From Tubiluchus corallicola (Eukaryota > Animalia > Priapulida): a stretch of 64,000 nucleotides of DNA. Shown here in pieces: positions 42,107 through 55,474 of this stretch. The DNA lies in the NCBI GenBank assembly GCA_030141605.1, contig JAQGDQ010000436.1, positions 62,001-126,000 on the forward strand. The letters run 5' to 3'. The notes beneath the pieces were generated by a model. It made no database searches and was not told the origin of the DNA. It saw only the letters and a program-made list of their open reading frames with translations. The position numbers and the translations under genes were made by a program. Each line of letters begins with the position of its first letter. Position 1 is the stretch's first letter.

Positions 42107-42698
42107 CCCTTCCAAAATGGAAGGTGGCGGACTACCGCCTATGTTTTTCATGCAAGGGACAAACGGCGATAGATTGCCACCAAAGTTCAGCATTGAGCAT
42201 AGTTACCCAGGTCTGTCTATGTCATTGCTATGGCCATGCAAAACGTCACATAAAAGTTTAGCAGCTGTGGGATTGGGGTTGCTTCACAACAAGAAATGCT
42301 AATCAGCCAATCAGTGTCTGAAGCCAGGTGTATTCCACAATACTGTACTGTATGATGTGTTCCCATGCAAAATTACTTGTAGATCCTTGATGAAACTTAT
42401 TATGTTTAGTTGATTGTTCTGCATTTTCATAAAACGATTGTATATTACGGATTAGTATTGCATCTTTTGAGAATTGATTTCTAAATATAAGTACATGCTT
42501 ATTTATGAGTGTGTGTGTGTGTGTGTGCATGAGTGTGTATGTGTAGAAATAAAACTAATATTTAATATTAGCACTCAATAACAAACAACTATTTGTTTAT
42601 TTACAAGTTTCTGTTTTAGTAACACACCACAAGAAGTTATTGTCAAATGTGCAAAAGTCAATGTGGTCCAGCTAAAAAGCAACTACGTAGTGAAAGGG
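42107..42698. mobile_element. piggyBac-like non-autonomous element
   Basis: TTAA|CCCTTCCA... and ...TGAAAGGG|TTAA; imperfect short TIRs with TTAA flanks. Confidence 0.5.
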
Positions 42699-43004
42699 TT
42701 AACTTTTAGTTTAAATTAAAATGTAAACTAAATTAAAATTAAGTGTAAACTGATTAGTTGCTTTTTATGTAGTAATAAAGTTATAAATAAAATGGCACAT
42801 TACATGCACTACTCAAGCTTCAGCTCAGTGCTACTTTATTGCTGCTGTAATGTACAAATATATGACGATGTCTTGTGTCTGAAAACATTAGCGGCTGCAT
42901 TTATACGTGCGTTTTTTTACCAGAATTCTACATAATTCAAGGTCATGAGTCGTTCAATAAGTAACTCAATTAGTCAAGGAATTCTGCTTAACTGCAGTCC
43001 TAAT

Positions 43005-43370
43005 CAATCACGGTCAGTTGGGCAGCGGACATAGCACTCCAAGTGTACATTGTCCAACTGTCCACTAACCAATAATAATATTTACTACCCAAGTGTCTAC
43101 TGCTGCTAACTGTCTATTATCCAAATGTCCATTGCCCAAGTGTCTTTTGTGTTAGTGTCCACTATGCAAATGTTGACTTTCCAAGGGCCCATTACCCAAG
43201 TGTCTTTTGTGCTAGTGTCTACTGTCCAACTGTCTAACTGTTCACTATCCAAGGGCCCACTGCCCAAGTGAGTTCTGTGCTAGTGTCCACTGTCCAACTG
43301 TCTACTGTCCAAGTGTCTATTGTCTAACTGTTCATTGTCCAAGGGCCCACTGCCCAAGTGTCCTAGAACC
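43005..43370. mobile_element. Non-autonomous DNA transposon filled with short tandem repeats
   Basis: 8-bp TSD GTCCTAAT at 42997-43004 and 43371-43378; subterminal inverted GG(T/A)CA(G/C)TTGGGCAG; internal ACTGTCCAA and TGCCCAAGTGTC arrays. Confidence 0.7.
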
Positions 43371-44450
43371 GTCCTAATGCCTGATAGCAAAGTTGGTAGC
43401 TGGCAGGATACCAGTTCTATTCAATCATTCTATCATTAATAAGAATACTTTGAAATTTCAAGAACAAGAAATTAAAATGAAGTAAAGTGTGATGACCTTC
43501 AGGCAGCCCGGTCAGGAAGCTTACACTGTCCTTTCAGCTGGTTCGTCCCTGGTTTCTGCACTTCGCAACTCGCGCGATGGCAACAACAATGTTACCCTAT
43601 TGGCTATTACTATATCAATATTGACTCTTCTAAATTAACAGTCTGCTTAATACAGGCAAAGCAGGTTCTGAGAATGAACAAAAGCATTAAACATGGGATC
43701 ACTAAATAATCAAAAATCTGTTGTTCCCAAAAGCAATGTGAATTCTTAGACACGTTGCAAGTTTCAATAAATTCAGTACAAGTGTTATTTTAGCGCAGCA
43801 ACAGTTTAGATAGTTCTAAGCATATGCGTTACACTGTCAACACGCCAAAAATGCTGACCTCAGAATAAATTAAAACTATGCTCAGTTCGTGTACAAAGTG
43901 TTAATCCGCAAGAAATACCGAACTGCAGGCTAGCTGCGTTTTCTATTTAAACCCAAACAAATGTTGCCGCAAATGCAGACTTTCTGGGGATGTCCCATTA
44001 TCCTGTATTCATTAATCATAAACCATAAGTCCATAATTTAGTAGTATTGAAACCTGTAAAAATATGCGAAATTGTGATGCACTTTGTGTATAAAAACTAT
44101 TATTATTAATTTTCCAAGTTAATATTGTTAACTTCAGCATGAAGCCGCAAAAGCTTAATCGGTAACCACGTCTAATCGTAGACAGGTACTAGTAAACTGC
44201 ATTAATACACATGAAGCCTGAAGGAACCTGGTAGGCCGACTAGGAGAACAACGTCTGTACGATTCTATGAATTATTTCAATGAAATTAGCACGTCAGTTA
44301 AAAAATGAGAGGTGAAAATAAACAAATTATAATTCATGCAACAAGAATGTGCTAACTTAAACAACTACAACAGTTCTATACCTTTTCGTACACAATGCAC
44401 AGATTAAAAATTTGATAACTGTTTAATGAGAAGATTCGTCGCAAACTTAC

Positions 44451-44527
44451 AGACCATTTACAGACTGTACCAAGTAAAGATGGCGTTACCCTATCAAGGC
44501 GTGGCTTCCGGTAGAGTGACTTCCGGT
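44451..44527 (-). promoter_or_regulatory. Probable RhoGDI core promoter and non-coding first exon
   Basis: Strong minus-strand donor GTAAGT at 44450, YY1-type AAGATGGCG at 44477-44485, tandem ETS/GABP CTTCCGG at 44505 and 44520; acceptors sit just upstream of the ATG (about 41868 and 41887). Confidence 0.6.
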
Positions 44528-45769
44528 ATTACAATTTCGTTTTATCTACTACGACCAAACACACAAATTCTCTAATACAACCAAATTCTGTTAGAACTCA
44601 GAAGAATGAAGGTGGATCTTTAATAGAAGTAACAACAAACGAGTAACATAGGTTTGGAATGACGTAACTGAATAAGAATTTTTGATATTAATATTGAAGG
44701 CCTTTTTAAAGTAGTTTCAGTTGACACAAATCTTGCAGTATAAACCTTGCAGTACCTATCCAGTATGCAACAGTTGCTGTTCGTGTTCGCTGCTCGTGAG
44801 ACAGTTATTTTTTTAAAAAAGAAATAATTATAAGATTTATTTGAATCAATAGACAGCCAAACACAAGGAACTATGATACCTTACTGTATACAACAGATAT
44901 TGACACACATGCATAACTGAGATAAGACCCAAAGATCATTTAGTATGTATGTTTTAACAATAATGCGACAAGTATTCCATATGCAGTAATATTTCTTGTA
45001 AGTTACGTGGGCATGCATGTGTTTTTTATAGGTCACGTGGGTGTGTATCTGAGCCAGACCCCCAAGTAACCTCAGTAAAAATCATACAGTTATATTTTGT
45101 AAAAAGTAAAATGTTTTTGGGCTAATGCTTTTTAAGTGAGATTTATAAAATTTCGACTAAGCTTTCAACGCAACACGAATTCGATTTTTTTCAATTCAAA
45201 AATTTTATTCATCTCCAACACGAAATTCATAAAGATAGTTATAACACTTGTGTGAAGTATGTAGAACTGGGGGCGGGGGTGAGGGGTTGTCAAGTCTGCC
45301 AATCCCATGACGGCAGAATACAAGGTTGTTGCCAGAACAAAAATGTTGAGTGCTATGAAGAAAATATTTGTTTTGCTTTAGCGAATTAGAAATATACGTA
45401 ATATTATATCAGCAAGCAAATAATGTAATTAAGTCATAAGGAAATCATAAGTTCCACAGAAGTTTACAAAAAGAAACGAATAACTAAAACAAAACGTTGG
45501 CTACAGTTTTTAGCCTATTGTTGTTTTATTTATCAGCTTTGTAGCTTCGTCACTACATTTGTACCAGTGTACTTAGCTTTTTTTGTATGAAATGTTTTAT
45601 ATTCTAATTATACATGTGTGCATTGTTTACGAATTGATATTTCTACAGTTGTTTACAAGTTAAAGTTGTAGATGTTTGCTGCAGAGTTGAACTATAAGAC
45701 GGGTCACTTTAGTACTGGGCCACTGACAGGTTATGGCTGTCGGTATCTGTAGCTCAAGTGGACGATGAC

Positions 45770-46104
45770 CTGGGCCGGATTATGATCTTTTGGATCCCTT
45801 AGGCTAATGAAATTATGGGGCCCCGTCAGACGGAGCCATCTCATAATTTCAGCAACATTTGTATGGCTGGGGGCCCATAATTCAAATAAAGGGCCTCAAG
45901 CAAGGGCTCTTTGTCTTAAATAAAGGGCCTTAAACAGGGATCCTTTATCTCGAATGAGGAACTACTTTAAAATTGGATTTTCAGACTTCCTGGCCTCCTT
46001 TTTTAAAGCTGTAATTTTTCTTTGTTATATGAATTATTGAGTAATGCAAAGCATTTCCCTCTCCCATACTGGGGCCCTAGGCTGTAGCCTATAGTCCAGC
46101 CTTG
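45770..46104. mobile_element. hAT-like MITE
   Basis: Ends CTGGGCCGGA...TCCAGCCTTG (CAGGGCCGGA type) with an 8-bp TSD ACGATGA(C/G) at 45762-45769 and 46105-46112. Confidence 0.65.
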
Positions 46105-46753
46105 ACGATGAGTCACACCTGCCGACCCATGTAGAATATAAGCTATGACTTTTTGTAAACTTCAGCATCCCGACTCAAAATCTGATTACTGTACCAGACA
46201 CAGATAAATTGACCATTAATTCGCGTTAGGTAGGATTATTTAGTAGCGGCGAAACTATAATTTTTTTGGCTTCTGTAATGGACCTTCAAAATGCGAATGT
46301 AATATTTTCTGGCACGCGAATGGCTGCTAGAAGACCGACCGACCTGTGTCAATCACACGTAACTTCAAAAATACCTGTACAAATATCAGTACACGACACA
46401 TAAAAACCATGTACGATGATCGATCAGTCCTAATTTCACGAAAACGTTACCTCTTCGAAAAAAAGATTAGTACATTTTTGTCACCTGATTACCGTGACAG
46501 CGTGACGTAATAATAATTTGTTTTGAGTGAGCTGTCCTTGGTTACGTATTCGTTACCTACACGAAAAGAAATGGCTTAGCAACGCAAAAAGTATTTATAT
46601 TCTCCATTTACTGGCGCTTTTTGTGTTAGTATAATTAATTTTTTAGTGTTGTCAACTTAAAAAATCAACGCAACTGAGGGGTGGGGTGTGTAGCTCGGAT
46701 GTGTTTTGTCTGCGAGCCACCCAAATGCCACCATGGGGTTTGGCGAGGACTAC

Positions 46754-46995
46754 GAAGATTTAAGGAGAGTGAATGATTTAATAGACAGAGCAAAAAGAGT
46801 GGAACACACTCTTAAAATGACAAAGGTATGCCTAGTTTTAACTACAGCTAGTATTATAATATGATACCGCCTGCGACGATTTAAGGAGAGTGAATGATTT
46901 AATAGACAGAGCAAAAAGAGTGGAACACACTCTTAAAATGACAAAGGTATGCCTAGTTTTAACTACAGCTAGTATTATAATATGATACCGCCTGC
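46754..46995. repeat. Near-perfect 121-bp tandem duplication
   Basis: 46754-46874 and 46875-46995 differ at about one base. Confidence 0.9.
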
Positions 46996-47019
46996 TAGGT
47001 ATTGAAGGAAAATCAAACC

Positions 47020-47400
47020 GTCTTAAAGGTTGTCTTAAAAATGAGGTGAACTAATATGTCACTTTAACAGAAATGTTACGAATTTTAAATCCATAAATGT
47101 GCTGCTTAAAGGTAAAATAGTAGAAACATATTGTTCTGCTTATTATGGCTGTCAATCTTGACGGTTAGGTACAAAGAGTCTAGATCGGTTAAATACCAAT
47201 TGGAATAATGTGATTAGGAAAATTTTTCTTTACCGTAGTCCACGTATTAATTTTTACCAATGATTACTGATTTAAGCTTTTCGTTGTGGCATGTTTTTGC
47301 TCGAGTCGTAAACTTTTTTAAGCAACGCCTTGTGTCATTCGAACGTATCTGTGAAGTATCTTTGTAAAACCGTTAGCAATGTCAGAAACACAACTGGGTT
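47020..47400 (+). mobile_element. Degenerate non-LTR retrotransposon 3' fragment
   Basis: Disrupted frame reads NFKSINVLLKGKIVETYCSAYYGCQS*RLGTKSLDRLNTNWNNVIRKIF, resembling the post-RT C-terminal region of LINE ORF2. Confidence 0.5.
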
Positions 47401-47488
47401 TATTTACTAGCTATTAAAAATGCACATTTATTTAGTGAATTGTACGAAATAATGATATAAATATATAAAATAGACATATACATATATG

Positions 47489-47833
47489 AAATAGTAGAAG
47501 GCAACATAACATTTGTTAAAGGACGACTGACGTGTAACTGCCACCTCAAAATGATAATCCCACGTTCGCGCGGTTAGTTCTTTGTTCTTACGCGCATTTG
47601 GCAACTCACAAGTTCAGATGGGCACTAGAATCTGCATCTCGGAAATTCGCTTACAAAAAAACGGACGCCGTACCTCTCAATTTAGCCGAAAGCACATCCG
47701 TGAGTACAATGATACCAAAACTAGAAGTTTGAATCAGAACTTCCCGTTTTTGCATGCTACACTAAATATTGTACTGCCGCAATGCGCCTCCGGAATTTCT
47801 GCTGTTAAAAATTGTTCACTTGTTATGTTATCA
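47489..47833 (-). pseudogene. Diverged copy of the sulfotransferase promoter and first exon
   Basis: Colinear similarity to 58866-59287, including the splice donor (CAC|GTCAGT at 47531 versus CAC|GTAAGT at 58908). Confidence 0.55.
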
Positions 47834-47965
47834 TACCTATAAGTGCAGGTTTTGTAAATTTTGTCGTAATTGCATTGAACTTGCCACACTATTCGATTGC
47901 AATACCAGTGTTATGCTATAGATGTGTATTTAGCAAATCAGAATTTTCTTTCAGGAAATATGTGT

Positions 47966-47981
47966 GGCCCTGAAAAGGGCC
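47966..47981 (-). terminator. Histone 3' stem-loop (H4)
   Basis: GGCCCTTTTCAGGGCC followed by a purine-rich downstream element. Confidence 0.95.
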
Positions 47982-48010
47982 GGTTGGGTCTATAATTTAT
48001 TTTGCGTTTT

Positions 48011-49242
<1,232 letters not shown>

Positions 49243-49268
49243 ACTGTCATTATACTTCACAACCAACC

Positions 49269-49284
49269 GGCCCTTTTCAGGGCC
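49269..49284 (+). terminator. Histone 3' stem-loop (H3)
   Basis: GGCCCTTTTCAGGGCC. Confidence 0.95.
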
Positions 49285-49842
49285 ACCAATTTCATCCGGA
49301 AGGGAATTCTGATTTTGCTGTACTGTATAATGTATATTTAACTGGTTTTGCAGCACTATATCCGTTCTGAATTTTTACGAAAATATTATGACAACAGTAA
49401 ATGGTTCCCATGAAAAGTTTGGAAGCCATTTATATATATATATCCTTGAAAATACAGGCTATCCTGGGAAGTCGGGGAAATTAGAAAGGGTTGCAAAAAT
49501 AATCTTCGAGAAACCGATATTTTTAACGTTTCCTAATAATAAGCACATTAGTCTGTCACTGTTTCCCTAATACATGTATTATATTTTTATACCATTTATC
49601 ACCCTGAAATCAGCAGTCAATGGCACATGAACTATTAGAGCAAGCCGAAACATTTTATCAAATCATCCTCTTATTATTACAGCCTAATCCGAAATCACCC
49701 ATAAAATTGTTGATCTGGCTCGATGTTGCTCAGCTTCGTTTAATAAGTACACACCGATTACGAGATTTGTTATAGCAGTCTTATTCTAGTACAGATCTAC
49801 TCAGCCTGGTACTGCACGCAGTTTATTACAAATAATAAATGC

Positions 49843-50155
49843 GAATGGTGTGCGTGTTGTCTTGACAAAAACAAAACTGTTACTGCCATAGTTTGGTTAG
49901 TTTCATATTACAAAATAATTTTTTATTTCTACACAATCATATTCACAAGTAACTTTCCTTCTGGTGTGAATGATGTGTGTGTTTACCTTGACAAAAGCAA
50001 AGCCGTTACTGCCATATAAATTATTATTTTGTAATATGAAACTAACCAATTTCTACACAATCATGTTCACAAGTAACTTTCCTCCTGGTGAGAATGATGT
50101 GTGTCTTGGTCTTGACAAAAGCAAAACTGTAACTGCCATAGCTTGATTAGTTTCC
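49843..50155. repeat. About 125-bp tandem repeat, 2.5 copies, in the H3-H2B spacer
   Basis: CTTGACAAAA recurs at 49861, 49987 and 50111 with conserved flanks. Confidence 0.85.
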
Positions 50156-50971
50156 ATTCAAGAAATCAGGGAACGAAGATCATTAAATTGCGAGCTTAAC
50201 ATTTTACAGCACAAGCTTATATTTGCGTGTAGACTGTATAATACCTTCCGTTTCAGTCCCGTGGTTTGCTTGCATAGCCGTTACAACGGTCTTGATTCAC
50301 TGTGTTGCAGGCGCATGCTTTCCCGCCAAAATACCGAACCTCCTTGATCCTTTCATTATAAACGAAGCTAGCTGCTAGTCGTACACAATGGAAACTCGTT
50401 ACCCCAGGACTCCCAACTGAGGGAGAACATTCATAACAAGATACGGTCAGAAGTTTACGCAAATGCTCCTTCATAAAGAGAAACTTCATATACATACATA
50501 CCACCTCTTTACCCTAAAACAACTCTCTGAGGTGCGGAAATAAAAGTAGTATTGCAGTACAAATAACAACAGAAATAGTTGTCAAAAGAAAAAACAAGAT
50601 ATTTATCCCATCATAAATAATGTTAAAATCTCGTGTTGCAATTACTAGAAACCAAAAAATCTTTTACAACCGCTGAATATCATGTTGCTTATTGTATTTA
50701 AATGTTGCCAAATACACATACACAGAAAAGCACTTGAAAAGAACCATCCAGAATATATAATACAAATGTTTGATGCTGATCTTGCATCCATGTCTATCAG
50801 TGGCTGGCTTCCTATTTTTTTGAATATGAACATAGTTCTATATAACGTAAAACAATATAATTTTATTTGGTTTCAACATTGTAAGTGTTGGAAAAAACCA
50901 TTAACACTGCAGGTTTCTGTTATTAGTAAAATGTAGCAAAATCAGAAATTCCTTTCGGATAGATATATAGT

Positions 50972-50987
50972 GGCCCTGAAAAGGGCC
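50972..50987 (-). terminator. Histone 3' stem-loop (H2B)
   Basis: GGCCCTTTTCAGGGCC on the minus strand. Confidence 0.95.
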
Positions 50988-51020
50988 GATTGGTTTTATT
51001 GGTAGAAGATTTTCAGCAAT

Positions 51021-51389
51021 TTACTTGGAGCTGGTGTACTTGGTCACAGCCTTGGTTCCTTCACTCACAGCGTGCTTAGCCAACTCTCCTGGAAGGAGAA
51101 GACGGACAGCTGTCTGGATCTCTCTGCTTGTGATGGTGGAACGTTTGTTGTAGTGAGCAAGACGAGAAGCTTCTCCAGATATTCTCTCGAACAAATCATT
51201 GACGAAACTGTTCATGATGCTCATAGCTTTGCTAGAGATACCAGTGTCTGGATGAACTTGCTTCAACACCTTGTAGATGTAAATGCTGTAACTCTCCTTC
51301 CTCTTTCGCTTCTTCTTCTTCTCAGAAGTTGGTCTCTTCTGGGCTTTACCAGCCTTCTTCGCAGCTTTTCCACTTGGTTTAGGAGGCAT
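51021..51389 (-). CDS. H2B: Histone H2B
   Basis: 122 aa [18 protein letters not shown]...[22 protein letters not shown]...KYTSSK. Confidence 0.99.
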   Translation of the reverse strand: MPPKPSGKAAKKAGKAQKRPTSEKKKKRKRKESYSIYIYKVLKQVHPDTGISSKAMSIMNSFVNDLFERISGEASRLAHYNKRSTITSREIQTAVRLLLPGELAKHAVSEGTKAVTKYTSSK

Positions 51390-52098
<709 letters not shown>

Positions 52099-52133
52099 AT
52101 GGCCGACGCCTAGTCCTATCAATAAAACCAACC

Positions 52134-52149
52134 GGCCCTTTTCAGGGCC
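52134..52149 (+). terminator. Histone 3' stem-loop (H2A)
   Basis: GGCCCTTTTCAGGGCC. Confidence 0.95.
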
Positions 52150-54086
52150 ACCTATCTTCTTCGAAAGAAAATTCTGATTTAGCAGTATAGCAATTTGCAT
52201 TAGTATGTAGCTTATATATGTTTCAAAACGGTGTAAACACAATCGTGCACTAATAAGGATTTCCTGTAAGGAAATTCCAGACTAGTAATGGTTAATGTTT
52301 AAACGGGAAAAACCAGCAACAATAAAACGCTTGTACCCATTTTTTTCAAAATCTACATGTACAAAAAAAATCCGTAGTGCATTAGTAAACAACAGGAACG
52401 CGGGTCTCAGCAAAATTATTCATGCCCAAAGTTAACATCAGTGCTGTACTGCGGTTGCTACACGTATTGCGTTTATCATGCGTGCTTACACTCAAGTGAT
52501 TGGAACGCTTTAGCACAAACCCACTAAAATCAAATTACTGTTTAATGCTCGTCTAATTATCAAGTTTAAGACTAATTATTGGGTACTTTTTTGCGTGTCC
52601 CTTACTAGATGGATGATTATTACGTGTTCAGCAGCAGTTCCACCTATTTCTTACCGAAACTTTAGATGTTTTAAAAATTAGCCGGCAGCTATGGGAGACG
52701 AGGGATTCCCATGATTTTAATCTGCCAGAGAGGGCAATTTAAAGCGTAGCCCAAGTAACTTGGGTGACCCAAAACATCAGTAGTCGGGGTACGATGGCTG
52801 GACGGCGCTGGCACTGGGTAAACACGGTCATGTCCAATTTTCTCGTCAAATAGCTTGCTTTTCTACGAAAGACTCAACTTGAGCACTAAATATAGTGATT
52901 TCGTTGCATTTTGATATAAAAAAGCGGTCTGTTTGTTTTTGTTCATCCTAGGTATTCACCACCTTGTGCAAAGACTATACATCCGTGTCCATTCGAATAT
53001 GTGGCTTGCGTCTGTCACAGCACTGAAAGTGGAATAATAAGCCTTTTGACAATTCCAGCGATAAACAAAACCAACTGAAGTTACTGAACTGATACGGCAG
53101 ACGGCTTTGCTTTTTAACCACATATCACGTGTCGGTTGTAGTTAAGACGCGTTGCTGTGGTGCCAGCAACTGAGCGTGCGCACAACGAAAGTGCAAAAAG
53201 ACTTAGTTATCAAATCCCACTTTAATTTCGTTTTTTATTGCAGGATGTAATTGACTTGAATTCTACGTGTCGAAAGCTGGAAGATAAAGTTGGGGTTAGT
53301 CATAAAGTTTTTAAACAATACATTGAAACAACAACCTTTTAAACGAGCATAGGCTAGACACATTCATTTACAGTGTTGCGTATTGTTGCTGTAAAGTGAA
53401 TGGGAATGATAACTGATAGGACATATTATAGTTATAATTAAAGGAAAACCAGACGATTGTTTAGACTCCATCTCATTTTAATTTACTGTTCAACATATAC
53501 ATGTTATTGCCTGTAAAAGTTAGCAACTGTTTCTTATATTTGCATAATAAGCTAAGAAAGTTAACTAACGGCAACCAGAAACAGCTATTGCTTACGTCAT
53601 CATCATACGCCCGACACGTCTATTGTAGACATTGGGCAGGCAGAATTCTAAAATAAAAGAAACGTCACAAACTAACCAGAGTCTGTGCAATGGTGGGCAT
53701 CTTCCCTTGCACGTCAAGAACGTTTGCGTAAATGTTACAGTACTGCTTAAACGCGTGATGTCACGAAAATGGGCTCTACGTCATATGACGTCAGAAACCA
53801 ACACTGCGGTTCATGATCATGGTTATCACGGTACCGCCTTCTATTTGTCGGTCACACGAATGTGACAAAAAGGCGCCGTTGCCAATCTTAGTAGATTCAC
53901 TGAGCCGCGCGTAGCTTTGAAAGTTTGACGAAATTTGAGTATCCAAGGTAATTATTATTTAATCTAAGCTTCGATTTAAAATAAGCTATTGTAGTTTTCA
54001 ATATTTTAGAGCATTCTTTATTTTGAACGCATGTTTACCACAATCATCCGGTCTTCCTTTAAATATTCTAAAACTGTTTCTAGTAT

Positions 54087-54365
54087 ATGGAACACAAGTT
54101 TACTGATGCCAATGTGGACTTAGGCCGCAGTCTTAATGTTTCAAACCATGTAAGAAAGGAAAACGTTCGACTTCGCAAGGAAAATCGGGAGCTGCGTTGG
54201 GAAAACTACGATCTCAGACAGGAAAATCAGCTTGCAGACTACAAAATCAAAAAATTAAAAATACGACTGGTACGTTTACTTAACTTGCACACTACAAAAT
54301 CAGCTTCACTGCAGACGAAAAAATTAAAAATACGACTGGCACGTTTACTTTTGAAGACTCTCTAG
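54087..54365 (+). CDS. Hypothetical 92-aa basic coiled-coil/leucine-zipper protein
   Basis: Heptads VRKENVR-LRKENRE-LRWENYD-LRQENQL; preceded by a plausible 5'UTR intron (donor 53948, acceptor 54083) and a CRE-rich upstream region; AATAAA near 54563. Confidence 0.45.
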   Translation: MEHKFTDANVDLGRSLNVSNHVRKENVRLRKENRELRWENYDLRQENQLADYKIKKLKIRLVRLLNLHTTKSASLQTKKLKIRLARLLLKTL

Positions 54366-54859
54366 CTTATATGTCTTATCTATAATTCGTTTATAGATGT
54401 ATATGTAGCGTCTTCTTGATGGTGTCGCCATCTACAAGAAAATTATAGAACTGAACTACAGAGGCTAGTGCACCTAAAAGGTCCTGCTAAGAATTTTTGT
54501 AGATAGTGAATAATCGATGGTTATCATTAATTATGAAGTCAGTGTGTCGAGTTTGGTGCCTAAATAAACTTATTTACTAAATAACTAAATAAATTTATTT
54601 ACCACTACCAACGTTTCACGTTTCTTTTTACGTAAGACACTTCCTGAGAAGATTTAATAAGAACTCTCGTGTATTCTCAAATCCAGATCAACAAGAATCA
54701 AATCAGGAGGTTACAACAATCAGCTTCTGTGCTCCATTTGGTATAGGAGAAAGTGGAAAAACTAAAAAACACGCGTTGCTAGTTACTCTAATAATGAAAT
54801 CACCCTACGTAATTTACTTTATAATAGTTGATTATTTAATAGGGGGGCCTACGAATATC

Positions 54860-55474
54860 CAGGGCTGGCGCTACCATTAGGTGATCTTCAAAGTTGCCCA
54901 GGGTGTCAAATTCTTTAATTTTCAAGTTTAGTATCAGTAAGAGCATAGCGCATGCGTAATTCCTCAATCACGCTACACTCATTAAGTGAAACGAACAAGA
55001 TGCGGTATTTTCCCGGTGAATGTATGATTCATCGGTGCGGTTATCACCCTCAGCAAAACACTCTATTTTTGCTCTATCCCGTTTCCTAAAATTATGTTAC
55101 TTCCGACATTACTGACGCATTATCTTGCCTTTGCTCACAGTGTCTATTTAGCTCTTATAGAATGATCTTTCTATAAGACATTTCTTATAGAAAATCTGAA
55201 ATAAAGGACTAAATTCAAAAATTAAATTCTTACAATATCATTTATCTATGGCAGATAAACGGATAAGAATCGATGTTTTCAGAATGTAATACTGTAAACG
55301 AGAGGTTAAAATACCTGGCGAGTTATATAGAGCAATAAAGCATACCTACTTTATTGTAATATTATAGAACTATTGGGAGCATGGTGTTGACGGGGGGGGG
55401 GTAGAGGTTGACCATTGAGGAAGGGGCGCTAAAATACTTTGCTCAGAGCGTCAAACTACCTATAGCCGGTCCTA
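54860..55474. mobile_element. Possible degenerate hAT-like MITE
   Basis: CAGGGCTGGC start and GCCGGTCCTA end; no TSD recognisable. Confidence 0.35.

Noticed and set aside
43020-43365. Short repeat array as a CRISPR or coding repeat
   Set aside because: Irregular units inside an element bounded by an 8-bp TSD.
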